This document shows positions 14,425-27,754 of a DNA stretch of 64,000 nt, in pieces. The stretch is from Octopus vulgaris (taxonomy: Eukaryota): NCBI GenBank assembly GCA_951406725.2, contig OX597840.1:3658001-3722000 (forward strand). The letters are read 5' to 3'. The position numbers and the translations under genes are program-made. The notes under the pieces are model-generated. The model ran no database searches and was not told the DNA's origin. It saw nothing but the letters and a program-made list of their open reading frames with translations. Positions within the stretch are counted from its first letter, which is position 1. Every line of letters starts with the position of its first letter.

Positions 14425-14495
14425 CGTTTTCCATGGGTTCACAAATGAGATTTGAGTCCAGCAAAAGGAAGGCATGATCTGTCACAAACTGCACA
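14200..14495 (+). pseudogene. Degenerate RTE-like LINE reverse transcriptase fragment, partly duplicated at 13800-14023
   Basis: + strand reads CGF (upstream copy) ... VLIFVDLK ... KVVDGGSFS ... gagtccagcaa ([G]VQQ after a frameshift). This follows the order of the non-LTR RT motifs QCGFR / FVDL.KAFD / V...G..S..F...GV.QG. Confidence 0.5.
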
Positions 14496-14920
14496 CAAAA
14501 TAGGCATTGTGCTTCACTTTCTCGATCATAACAGCCCCGTATACGCCTATATAGTTATGAAATTTTAAAAATACACTTTCTCAGGGACATATGATATACC
14601 TATTATTATGGGTAATACTACATGTACTTTTCATATTTTTACAGTGTGATGTAACTCTTTGGAATTATAATGCATGCGGCTGAAGAGAGTTTTAAATCAT
14701 CTTTTATATCTATTATACAATGATGTAAGAACAGGTCGTTTATAAAGCTTGAAACACGTGTACCGCGACATCCTTTGTGTTCTGTTTTTGATTTTATTTG
14801 AAATATAGTAATATATATATATGTGTGTGTGTATGTATGTATCAATGCATGTACGTATGTATATATGTATATATATATATATATGCATATATATGTATAT
14901 ATATATACATATATATATAT

Positions 14921-15610
14921 AAAATAAATATAAGAGAGTGGTCACTATATGGCTCACTCTAGCACTAGTTAATCCAAAAGGTTTCAACCACAAAAATACA
15001 TGTTTCCCATGAAAGTCAGTACGATTGTTAGCTCACACGGACAGGGCAAATAAAAAAATAACAAAAATACAGATTATTTTGGGACAATTGTTTCGCTATT
15101 AATGAATTAAATGTAATTTTACTTACAAAAAAATCCACTTGTAGCTCGTCAGCCAAAACTATCTGGATGAAATCCACTCAATCACACGCCAGATTTTACC
15201 ATAACGATAAATACACGTGTGGTTCAATTGATTACATCCGACGTTATAATTCAAATGCCCCAACTAACAGCGCGCCAAACTTTCACGGAAAACAAATACT
15301 GCATTTAGAAATAAATGTAGCATAATTATAATTAATTAATAAGGGTGAGAGAATTAGATACTAATTTAATAGTATATCTATTCAACACCAAGTGGCCTAG
15401 TGCTCCGAGAAACCTGGATTATTATAATATTTTATAATATATTATAATATTTTTACAAAATAAATATAAGAGAGTGGTCACTATATGGCTCACTCTAGCA
15501 CTAGTTAATCCAAAAGGTTTCAACCACAAAATACATGTTTCCCATGAAAGTCAGTACGATTGTTAGCTCACACGGACAGGGCAAATAAAAAATAACAAAA
15601 ATACAGATTA
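14921..15610 (-). mobile_element. Hammerhead-containing partial-tandem element (retrozyme / Penelope pLTR-like) inserted in (TA)n
   Basis: ~155-bp direct repeats at 14921-15076 and 15457-15610, period about 535 bp, (TA)n on both flanks, one canonical hammerhead inside. Confidence 0.8.
15077..15158 (-). ncRNA. Canonical type I hammerhead ribozyme
   Basis: Minus strand: ttttgg-CTGACGA-gcta-[43-nt loop]-tagc-GAAAC-aatt-GTC-ccaaaa. 6-bp stem I, 4-bp stem II, palindromic helix III ACAAUUGU, GUC cleavage site. Confidence 0.88.
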
Positions 15611-15697
15611 TATATATATATATATTTGTATATATATATATACAAATATATATTTATATATATATATATATATACATTTCTTAAGATAAATAAAAAC

Positions 15698-15783
<86 letters not shown>

Positions 15784-16393
15784 CGCTGTTCTTTCTATGA
15801 GATCTACTCACAAGCCTTCGATCATACAGAGGGTATAGAAGACATTTACCCAGGGTGCCACGCATGTGGTTGCAGGAAAAGTTTCTTACCACACATTCAC
15901 GTCTACGTCTACATGCATATACATACACACTTCTTAACGCACAAACATAAGCGCTTACACACATACACACACATACACATTACAAGGTCATTACAGGCAC
16001 ACTGGATCTCCTAGAAATATCACAGCTAAATCTCCCTTTAATCATGTTGTACGATGATACAAAACAAAAAGGATAGATATAATTGATAATGAAGTCCTGA
16101 CTGAACAAAAAAGTATGGATGGCCAGAAAGTCTGAGATCATAGGTCGTCGGCATTATCACCGTTGGCTTATGGCTAAATGTCAACAGGAAACAGAAATAC
16201 CATCGACGTCAGCATCAGGTATGGCAATGTCAAAACAACAAAAGTGTCAATAAGAACATTGATATATAAACAATAACGACAACAGCAGCAAGAACAACAT
16301 AAATGACACTATAGAACACCATATTAATAATATTGCAGCATAGCACATCTTTGGGATATGAACATAAGTATATATGTATATATATAATATGAA

Positions 16394-16790
16394 GGCGGCG
16401 AGCTGGCAGAAACGTTAACACGCCCGGGCGAAATGCATAGCCGTATTTCGTTTGCCGTTACGTTCTGAGTTCAAATTCCGCCGAGGTCGACTTTGCCTTT
16501 CATACTTTCGGGGTCGGTAAAATAAGTACCAGTTACGCACTGGGGTCGATGTAATCGACTTAATCCGTTCGTCTGTCCTTGTTTGTCCTCTCTGTGTTTA
16601 GCCCCTTGTGGGTAGTAAAGAAATAGGTATTTCGTCTGCCGTTACTGGTATTCCGTTTTTTTTTCATCCTTTCGGGATTGGTAAATTAAGTACCAGTTAC
16701 GCACTAAGTTGATGTAATCGACTTAATCCGTTTAATCCGTCTTTGTCCTTGTGTTTTTCCCCTGTGTTTTTGTGGTAGTAAAGGAATAGT
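16394..16790 (+). mobile_element. SINE family A, full copy plus partial tandem copy
   Basis: ggcggcgagctggcagaaacgttaacacgc...gaaataggtat (16394-16630), followed by a diverged repeat of the 3' part. Confidence 0.92.
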
Positions 16791-17152
16791 ACATATATAT
16801 AATATGGATTTAATCTTTGTAGTGCTGTTGCTTATTCTATCGGTCTTGAAGACTCAGAACTTTTCATACACACCTGTATATATGTATATATAAAAAAACA
16901 TGTAAAGAGAGTGCCAACGGTGGCACCTGTCTCTCCTGCCAGCCAGCTCATCTGTGCACTCCTGCCAGCCAGCTCATCTGTGCATTATGTAATAAAATGT
17001 GTAAAACTTTGGGCTGGGTTTAGAGGTTATATAAGGGCATCACATGGCATCAATAATGAATCATTTCAGTAAGTCTTTTTGGCAATGGCTATTTTGTGTA
17101 ACGAAGGTGCAGCTATGATATACATATATATATGTATATATATATATATTTT

Positions 17153-17204
<52 letters not shown>

Positions 17205-17249
17205 TATATATAGATAGATAGATAGATAGATATAGATAGATAGATAGAT

Positions 17250-17348
<99 letters not shown>

Positions 17349-17563
17349 TAGATATATATATATGTGTGTGTGATACATCATACAAGCACCGCACACATGG
17401 GCACACGTACGCGCATATACACCCATTAAGACACACACACACTCTCTCTCTTTCTCTCACGCGCGCGCACTTGCACGCGTGCACACGTAGACATAACACG
17501 GAAACCAATTAAACACGCTACATTACACGCTGCGCTAAGCTTACTTCCTCTCTGTCTCTCTTA

Positions 17564-17594
<31 letters not shown>

Positions 17595-17595
17595 G

Positions 17596-17640
<45 letters not shown>

Positions 17641-17710
17641 TATATTTACACACACCGATATGTCTATGTATATACATGCATACATACATACACAGCATTT
17701 ATTCATATAC

Positions 17711-17751
<41 letters not shown>

Positions 17752-17974
17752 TATGTGTGTGTGTACGCATATATATATAAAGAGAGAGAGATATACATAT
17801 ATATGCATTCATATATGCGCATACATATGTATATATATTTATTGTTTGTGTTTTTTTGTATAAGCTAAGCACGCTTTTGTATATGTGTGTATGTGTATAT
17901 ATTATATAGAAATATTATATATTATATAATATATATATTATATATGTATACATACATACATACATATACAAATA

Positions 17975-18019
<45 letters not shown>

Positions 18020-18556
18020 GCATATACACATAGCTTCCGATAGACACTCTCACACGCACGCACACTCACACAATCACACACACACACTCACATAAACACA
18101 AACTACATTGAAACAAAAACACACACACACATACTCAAACAACCATTGAGACAAATACACACATACATACACACAATCACACACACACACACTCACACAC
18201 ACATACCTGCGCGCATATACATACATCCAGAGAGAAACCACTCTCCAAAATGTCCGCCGTGTGTCGATGTTGAAGCAAATTAGCTCGACCGCTATTTTCA
18301 GACAGTTTCCTTTATTCAATCAAGCAAGATGCCGAGCGAACGCTGCCATATCTTTACCTGCAAACCACATAATGGCCTGTCTTAAAAACTTTTATCAAAT
18401 TATTGCCGGAATTATTAAGTTTCTTCTAATTTTTCAATATCATGATCAAATTTCCTGCTACGCACATACACATATACTGACGCGCTGACGCTGGCAGACA
18501 GAGTGATATACTCACTGAGACAGAAAGACACACACGCGTATATGTGTGTGTGTGTG

Positions 18557-18621
<65 letters not shown>

Positions 18622-18817
18622 GTACATGTACATGTGTGTGTGTGTGTCTGTGTGTGTAAGAAGTAAGTGAGACAGAGAAAGACAGATAGTAAGATAGACT
18701 TAGACGGAGACAAAAAAAGGCGGACGTACAGACTGATAGATGGAGAGAGTGAGAGAGAGAAAGAGAGAGAGGAAGAGAGTGAGATAGATAGATAGATAAA
18801 CAGACAGACGGACAGAC

Positions 18818-18900
<83 letters not shown>

Positions 18901-18903
18901 CAC

Positions 18904-18937
<34 letters not shown>

Positions 18938-19049
18938 GGATGGACGGACGGACGGACGGACGGACGGACGGACGGACGGACGGACGGACGGACGGACGGA
19001 TAGATGAGCGTACTGAACTTGTGTGAAACTTTAAGATGCTTGTTAAAAG

Positions 19050-19475
19050 CGGCGGCAAGCTGGCAGAATCGTTGGCGTGTTGGGCTAAAAAGCTTAACGG
19101 CGCGAGTCTTTGGGATCTGATTTTGCTCTTCATGATCACTTTGCCCTTCATTCTTTCGGGATCGATAAAATAAAGTACCAATCAAATAGTGACGTCGATG
19201 TAATCGTGTACCCCGTTCCCTCAAATTTCTAGGCCTTGTACCAATTGTAGAAACGAGTAGAAAGCAGAGAGATGGCAGAATCGTTAGCACGCCGGGAAAA
19301 ATGCTTAGCGGCATTTCGTCCGTCCTTACGTTCTGAGTTCGAATTCCGCCGAGGTTGAATATGCATTTTATTTTTACGGGGTCGATAAACTAAATACCAG
19401 TGAAACTCTACGGATCGATGTAATCGACTAGCCCCCTCCACTAAAATTTCAGACCTTGTGCCTATAGTAAAAAGG
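19050..19475 (+). mobile_element. Two tandem diverged SINE family A copies
   Basis: Both start (gc)tggcagaatcgtt and end aaattt...gccttgt.cc.at.gta. Confidence 0.85.
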
Positions 19476-19540
<65 letters not shown>

Positions 19541-19596
19541 TACTATTATTATTATTATTATTATTATTGTTGTTATTTTTATTATTATTATTTTTA

Positions 19597-19644
<48 letters not shown>

Positions 19645-19730
19645 TTATTATTTTTTTATTATTATTATTACTATTACTATTATTATTATTATTATTATTA
19701 TTGTTGTTATTTTTATTATTATTATTTTTA

Positions 19731-19771
<41 letters not shown>

Positions 19772-19829
19772 TTTATAATTATTTTTATTATTATTATCAT
19801 TATTATTATCATTATTATTATTATTATTA

Positions 19830-19881
<52 letters not shown>

Positions 19882-20347
19882 TATTATCGTAGTCATCATC
19901 ATAATCATCATCATCACAATCATTGATATTGTACTCAAGAAAAAAAAAGATATATATATTTTTTTTTGTTTTTGCAGCAGACTTTAATTCGTAAATATTA
20001 ATTTTTTTTGTATTTATCTTATCTATTTTTATATTGTTTTAATAATATTTTTTTTTACTTTAATTTCCTTTCTAATTAACTTTCGAGATAAACATTTTTT
20101 TTTCGGCCTCAGGCAGGTGTTGTGTAAAGTATGTATTATAGGTATGTAGGTGCATGCATGCGTGTATGTGTGTGTGAAGATGTATATGTGTGTATGTGTG
20201 CGCGTCTTAACGTGTATGAATGTATAGATATGTGTATGTATGTGTGTATATAAACATATATATATGTGTATATGTCTATGTATAAGTATTTGTATTATAT
20301 GTGTTTATATATGAGTATGTATGAACATTTATATATATATATATGTA

Positions 20348-20436
<89 letters not shown>

Positions 20437-20818
20437 ATGTATGTACATGCTTCTGAATGTGCATGTATTTTGCGTTTGTGCATATATATCTATATATATG
20501 CAAATATGGAAATATGTATGCATGCAGGCATTTGTTTTATTCATATGTATATACATGTGTGGTGGTGTGTATGTGTATATATATATATATGCATATCTAT
20601 ACATATATATATACATATACATATATATATATATAAATGGCGGTGCCCCAGAATGGCCACAGCTCATTAGCTGAAACTGGAAAAATCAAATCAAAATCAA
20701 TCATATATATATATATATATTTATATATATCAGTACATACAAGCATATCTAGGTACTTTTGTAGACATGTTCTAAGGGCAAGCATCTCTCTTACTCTCAC
20801 CCTCTCTCCTTTTCTCTT

Positions 20819-20913
<95 letters not shown>

Positions 20914-21114
20914 CATATATATGTATGTATGCTCAAATGCTTGAAGTGTCGATTACACCTACGCTATGGGATTCGAATGGGTTAAGGGAATTTGCACGAC
21001 TGGATATTTCCCAAACATTTTGTTCTGAAGGTGCACCTTTGCGTCTGAAATATACTGATTTTACAAAATTTTTCGCATTGCCCGAAGCGTTCTATTTTCT
21101 CTCTTTCACATTCT

Positions 21115-21199
<85 letters not shown>

Positions 21200-21201
<2 letters not shown>

Positions 21202-21402
21202 CCATGATAGATCGCTAGTCACTACACATTCTATATGTTCTCTCTTTATTTTCTCTCCTTGTGTTTTTCTGTGTTCCTTTCTGTGGAAGAGCATAGGCTC
21301 GAAACGTTAAAATCTTTTACACTTCCCGAGCTTTAAACTAAAACATCTGTTTGTTATCTACACGACCTGTCTTCGACTTTTGTATTGCTTTTGTAAATTC
21401 TC
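21200..21402 (+). mobile_element. Family D short element with variant hammerhead (21277-21312)
   Basis: cttt-CTGTGGAA-gagc atag gctc-GAAAC-GTT-aaaa, followed by the conserved tail acatctgtttg...cacctgtcttcg.cttttg...gtaaa. Same family at about 23715, 49050 and 54535. Confidence 0.75.
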
Positions 21403-21420
21403 TCTCTCTCTCCCTCTCTC

Positions 21421-21452
<32 letters not shown>

Positions 21453-21494
21453 CACTTTCTCTCTCTGTATATATATACATATATATACGTAATA

Positions 21495-21665
21495 TAATAT
21501 AAAAGGATAAAATTGCTAAAAATTTCCTCAGTGGCCAGCATATAAAAAGTTAGACCTATTAAGGTGAAATCATAAATAATTTATGACTTCCCCTTAACAG
21601 GTCAATCTTTTTATTTGCTGACAACTGAGGAATTTTTAACAATTTTATCCTTTTATATTATAATT
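21495..21665. repeat. ~85-bp-arm imperfect palindrome at the start of a (TA)n-flanked element (about 21490-22070)
   Basis: taatataaaaggataaaattg.taaaaatt.cctcagt...catAAAT / ATTTatg...actgaggaatttttaacaattttatccttttatatta. Confidence 0.9.
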
Positions 21666-21849
21666 GAATTTATTCCTATTCTCTTCGGGACAGTCTAGCC
21701 ACTTGTGTGCTATTCCTGACCGGCTACACACGTGTCGAGGCTTGCTATGGAATTCGACAAGGATATATCTGGGGTACTTATGTGCATTCATGACATTGCG
21801 TCTGCTTTTGTGGGTATCTGTAAGTATATCATTTATTTTCTCAGTATTC

Positions 21850-21902
21850 TCTGCTGACGAAGGAAAAATCTTTGGGTTAATCCAGAAATTGGCCGATCCA
21901 GA
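21850..21902 (+). ncRNA. Type I hammerhead ribozyme motif
   Basis: tctg-CTGACGA-a-gga..tcc-a-GAAA-ttggccga-TC-caga. Stem I tctg/caga, near-palindromic helix III AUUGGCCGAU, AUC cleavage site. Confidence 0.72.
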
Positions 21903-22375
21903 TATAAGTCAATTTTATGAATTTCCATAACATTGGTCCCTCGATTTTCGACACGTGTGTAATAGTGTAACAGAGATGATATTTTATGTGGCCTGACGAT
22001 TTACCGCCTCCTTTCAGCATATAGGCAAGGATTTTTTTATATATCCTTAATTATAATTATAGGTGTGAGTAATATATATATATATATATTCTATTATTCT
22101 TTTACTTATTTCAATCATTTGACTGCAGCCAGTGCTCCAGCATGGCCACAGTCAAATGACTGAAACAAGTAAAAGAGAAAAAAGAGTATCAGAAAATATC
22201 ACGACGAATTGTTTCGTAACTTAAAGCATGCGAAGGTAATTTATATTATGTTTAATAGTAAATAAATAAATTACATTTGTGCATTTTCTTTCACTTGAGG
22301 ACGTCGACTAATTTCTACATTGTTTTAAACGATTTTTTTTTCATTAATGTAGACATGTAAATAATTTATTTATCA

Positions 22376-23111
22376 CTAGCAGTATCGCCCGGCGTTGCTC
22401 GGGTTTGTTTCAACCCTTTAGAATTGGAATTTTTGAAAAATAAAAACGTTGCATTATGTAGCTTGTTATTCTCTTTAAGCGAACATTTTTCTGGTTGAAA
22501 TACACCGAAAAATGGCGACACAGCAGTCAAAAAATCGTAAAAAATAGGGAATTTTTTTACACCTTTTTGATGTAAATACACCTTTTTTGATACACCTTTT
22601 TGATGTAAATAATTTTTGGTCTTAACATGGTCCGATAGCAATTTTATCTTCTCCGGAATGAAGAGAAAGCCTTCTTCTATCATACTCTTAATTTATTTAT
22701 TACTAGCAGTATTGCCCGGCGTTACTCGTTTTTGTTTCGACCTTTTAGAATTGGAATTTTTGAAAAGTAAAAATTTTGCATTATGTAGCTTGTTATTCTC
22801 TTTAAGCGAACATTTTTCTGGTTGAAATTCACCGAAAATGGCGACACAGCAGTAAAAAAAATCGTAAAAAATAGGGATTGTTTTAAACCTTTTTGATGTA
22901 AATACACCTTTTTTGATACACCATTTTGATGTAAATAATTTTTGGCGTTAACATGGTCCGATATGAATGAAGAGCAAGCCTTCTTCTATCATACTCTCAA
23001 TTTTGGTCAACTTGCGCAGCAGGGTCTCGGAGGAGATAGTGTTAGTTGAAGCCTACCAAACCTGCCATACACAGACTACTTCAGTTATATATATATATAT
23101 ATATAGATAGA
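22376..23111 (-). mobile_element. Non-autonomous Helitron with a duplicated 3' portion
   Basis: Minus strand begins A|TCtatctata.. (23111) and ends with the hairpin cccgagcaacgccggg followed by CTAG|T (22376). A second internal hairpin+CTAG end lies at 22703, and 22376-22690 is homologous to 22703-23000. Confidence 0.82.
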
Positions 23112-23173
23112 TTAAATATAATAATATAAATTATCTTCACATGCTGTAAGTTACGAAACAATTTGTTATGATG

Positions 23174-23505
23174 GGGCAAAGAGGACAGACGTTTTTGAAA
23201 ATTTCACAAAATCATTAATTTTAGCTACAAACGAATTTCAACGACATCAATGCATTCGTATTGAATTAATATTTGTCAAAGTCTGGAAATAACATCCATC
23301 ATGTGGTTTCCGTTTTCATTGATGCATTTCTGAAGTCATTCTTGGAAGTTGGCCGCCACTCTCTCCAGCATTGCTCTGTTGATTGGGGCGACTTCCACGC
23401 GAATAGCTTCCTTCAAATCGTCCAGTGTACGGGGCTTAAGCGCATACACACGTGCCTTAAAGTTTCCCCACGAGAAATAATCACACATTGACAAATTAGG
23501 GAACC
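23174..23505 (-). pseudogene. Tc1/mariner (DD37D/maT-like) transposase C-terminal remnant with probable TIR
   Basis: PNLSMCDYFSWGNFKARVYALKPRTLDDLKEAIRVEV...MLERVAANFQE*LQKCINENGNH matches the SPDLTPCDFFLWG.LK..VY...P.TL..LK..I motif. TIR-like aaacgtctgtcctctttgcccc lies downstream. Confidence 0.85.
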
Positions 23506-23714
23506 GATGAAAAGGTTGCAAGACGCAACGAAAATTTTAGGAAAATAAAAATAAGGAATAAGTGGAAATTTTACCGGTGAATGTGTTAAATTATAAGGCA
23601 CAAAAAGAAAATGACTCTCCCCAGACACAACAGAATATGCTTCAACAAACCAACTCACGTAAATAATCTTGCAAACCAAATCCAAAAACGAAATATATAT
23701 ATATATATATCCAT

Positions 23715-23920
23715 TTTTTCTCTCTTTGTCTTTTCTCTCCTTTTTTCTCTCCTTTTTTTCTCTCCTTGTTTCTCTCCTAGTTTTTTCTGTATCCCTTTCT
23801 GTAGAAGAGCGTAGGCTCGAAACGTATAAGACATTTTCTGTTCCTGAGCGTTATACTAATACATCTGTTTGTTTTGTACGCCACCTGTCTTCGTCTTTTG
23901 TTTTTTTTGTAAACTCTCCC
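23715..23920 (+). mobile_element. Family D element with variant hammerhead (23795-23830), flanked by (TA)n
   Basis: cttt-CTGTAGAA-gagc gtag gctc-GAAAC-GTA-taag plus the family tail. Confidence 0.75.
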
Positions 23921-23981
23921 TATATATATATATATATATACAAGGGCAGTGGAGAGCAGTCGCCATATTCTCTTCCATGTC

Positions 23982-24072
23982 GGCTATCTCTGATGAGCGT
24001 ATTTAATATAATTGATGTGTTGTCTAACACTCCATTGTGTTTTTTGCTTGAAACCGATTAGCAAGAGCAGCC
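23982..24072 (+). ncRNA. Degenerate hammerhead-like motif
   Basis: ggctatct-CTGATGA-gc...gc-tt-GAAAC-cgattagca-agagcagcc. Core and stem I are recognisable, but the cleavage triplet is damaged. Confidence 0.4.
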
Positions 24073-24123
24073 GTGATGGATACTTAATACTATACAATTC
24101 GGATAATATATGTGTACGTGTGC

Positions 24124-24200
<77 letters not shown>

Positions 24201-24690
24201 ATAGAAATAACTGTCGGCTGTATATGAAGAGATCTTTAATAAAGATGTTAATTTTTCTGTATGTACTTTTTGTTGCGAAATACTCTGAATTCCTCAAAAT
24301 TCTGCCAAAGGATATTTGGATTTACTTATCATAATTGACGACTTACCTTGGATGCGTTTTCTGCTTATATTTAGTTACCTTTAATTGTTGAATATTGTCA
24401 ACCAAATTCTTTCAATTGTGAGTGCTTTACTGATACCTGCCGTGACATTTTAATCTCTTTTTTCTTTTATATATGTGTGTGTGTGTGCGTACAGATATAT
24501 ATATGATTGCAATAGATAAATACATACATATGTGTGCGTGTGGAGCGAGTCAGAGAGAGCAAGGACGGATACACAAGCATACACAAACGCAGGTGTGTGT
24601 GTGTGCGTGTGTGTGTATGCTTGTGTACATAAATATCTGTATGTACTGTGTGTGAGTATATGTGTGGAGAGTGTGAGAAAGACTGATGTG

Positions 24691-24736
<46 letters not shown>

Positions 24737-24836
24737 TATGTGTATGTATGTGTGTGTGTGTGTGTATTGATAGAAATGGTAAGGCAACCAAAGAATGAAA
24801 GAGACCTCGATATTATGTAAATAGAGGAATTTATCT

Positions 24837-25038
24837 GTAAATATGATAAGTGAGAGTTATTCGGTAGCAATGATAAAACTCCGAGTTTTGGATATCGGGG
24901 CGGAAACCCACGCCGCCATCTCTTCAGTTATCCGGCATTTTTTCGATGGCCGGATAACTGAAGAGATGGCGGCGTGGGTTTCCGCCCCATATCCGAAACT
25001 CGGAGTTTTATCATAGCTACCGAATAATTGTCATATTT

Positions 25039-25041
<3 letters not shown>
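24837..25041. repeat. Near-perfect ~95-bp-arm palindrome made of two inverted hammerhead copies
   Basis: The left arm ends ..tcttcagttatccggc and the right arm starts gccggataactgaaga.. with a ~12-nt spacer. Confidence 0.93.
24953..25012 (+). ncRNA. Type I hammerhead ribozyme
   Basis: gataa-CTGAAGA-gatggcggcgtgggtttccgccccatatcc-GAAAC-tcgga-GTT-ttatc. Stem I gataa/ttatc, helix III ACU/AGU. The minus-strand mirror copy has GAAA changed to AAAA. Confidence 0.8.
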
Positions 25042-25073
<32 letters not shown>

Positions 25074-25103
25074 AAAATGGAGTTATGGGTTTAAACATAT
25101 TTT

Positions 25104-25149
<46 letters not shown>

Positions 25150-25698
25150 ACATGCAATATATACATGCATATAATACATACATGCAGAGGTATGTTTGTG
25201 TTAGAGAGAGTGGCTGCGTATTTTTACATGCACTGAGATCAACAAGAGCTCACGCATTCATATATATGTATAGATGTGTGTATGTATGTATATATATATA
25301 TATATATAAATATGTATGTATGTATGTATATATATATATATATATAAATATGTATGTATGTGTGTGTATATATATATATATATACATATTTATATGTGTG
25401 TTCATGTATGTATGTATGTATACATATATAGACATTGCATGCATTCCTATATACCTTGATATACAATATATAATGCACTCATTCTCAAAAACATACATAC
25501 ATAAATACATACATGCTTAAGTATGATGTGTGTGTATATGCATACACACTCACGCACACACACACTCACACACAGAATATATTTGTAATCAAAATAAGCA
25601 ACAATCACCTTATTTTAAATTATATCGATAATACCATGCTAAATGCTTGTGACTTCAACTTTAGTAACTTATTCATCTGAATCTAAATTTTAACTGAA

Positions 25699-25750
<52 letters not shown>

Positions 25751-25756
25751 TAGATC

Positions 25757-25794
<38 letters not shown>

Positions 25795-25808
25795 GAGATA
25801 GATAGATC

Positions 25809-25916
<108 letters not shown>

Positions 25917-26400
25917 TACATGTACATATAGAAACATACGTAAATGCATACATTTATAGATGCATACATATAAACACATACATTGTGGAAATTCTATATT
26001 TTTGTCTTGGAGCAAACTAAGAATATAAAAGTAATTAGCTCCTACGTAATTGCTTCTGATTTTTTATTATAAAGTACATTTACATCTAAAGCATTTGCCA
26101 GTGCAATCTAAGATACAAAAGGAAAACAAAGAACCGATCTAGTATAAGGTGTCGACCCAAATACGTATCACTTGGTAGGCGATCGATTTTGCTGTAAGTT
26201 AACCATAAAATAATGTTGTAATGTATTGTGAAAGACGATGGTTAAATAGTCCGCATATGTTACGAGGCGAAGTAAAGCGAAATACTGCATAGAAGTGTTA
26301 TTTACTTGTGAGTGGGAATGGTTATTCGATGGCTACGAAGATATTGTACGGCCCTCATGCGATGGAAGACGTGGGGGTAACGCTTGCATTGTTGTATACT

Positions 26401-26627
26401 CTTTACACTTTACTCTTTTACTTGTTTCAGTCATTTGACTGCGGCCATGCTGGAGCACCACCTTTAGTCGAGCAAATCGACCCCAGGACTTATTCTTTTG
26501 AAGCTTAGTACTTATTCTATCAGTCTCTTTTTGCCGAACCGCTAAGATACGGGGACGTAAACACACCACCATCGGTTGTCAAGCGATGTTGGGGGAACAA
26601 ACACAGACACAAAAACATATACACACA

Positions 26628-26674
<47 letters not shown>

Positions 26675-26836
26675 GACAGGCTTCTTTCAGTTTCTGCCTA
26701 CCAAATCCACTCACAAGTCTTTGGTCAATCCGAGGCTATAATAGAAGACACTTGCCCAAGGTGCCACGCAGTGGGACTGAACCCGGAACCATGTGGTTGG
26801 TAAGCAATCTACTTACAACACAGCCACTCCTGCGCC
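26401..26836 (-). mobile_element. SINE family B, full length
   Basis: Complete from ggcgcaggagtggctgtg to gactgaaacaagtaaaagag. Confidence 0.93.
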
Positions 26837-27089
26837 TACCAGCCACTAAAAAACCCTTTAGGTTGCAGTTGTAGATGTTGGTAGCTGATGTTTGAGTTGT
26901 TAAGAGGTTAGAATCCCGCTCTCATGGGCTTTGAGACTAAATGTCACTGTAATTCCAGAAGAAAGATTTTATAATTTTCCATTTGAAAGTAACGGTTTCT
27001 TAGCTTGGGTTGCGCAATTCTCCAGCTATACATAGTTCTGTAGTTCAACGACTGCGATAATATCCCTTCAATTTTTAGTCATGTGCAAC

Positions 27090-27210
<121 letters not shown>

Positions 27211-27667
27211 GCAGACAGATAGATAGACAAGCAGGCACGCAGACAGACAGACAGATAGACAGATGGGTACCTAGATAGTTATACCATGTGACAATTAAAT
27301 TCGATACCAACTGCACAAGGAAATTACTTTGAAGCTCTCAAGATCTCAACGGAATAAATTAAATATATGTCGAATTCTTCAACGCTAACACGGATTCTTA
27401 CTCAAAGAATGTCTTCCGATTCCATGCCAACTGCAAACATAGGATTGCTTTTATACCGCCCAAAAGAATCTCATTTTTCTGCGAGTGACGAAATCGTGAT
27501 ATCGTCATCGATACGCGCATTATAGACACGTGTGTGTGTGTATGTGTATGTGTGTGTGTCTATCTGTCGGTATGTGCATGTGTGTGTATGCATGTATGTA
27601 TATTTACATATAATATATATGCATATATATGTGCATAGGTATGTATATAGCTACATGTGCCATATAC

Positions 27668-27749
<82 letters not shown>

Positions 27750-27754
<5 letters not shown>

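Noticed and set aside
23140-23172. GAAAC-aattt-GTT as a hammerhead
   Set aside because: No CUGANGA core in either inverted copy.
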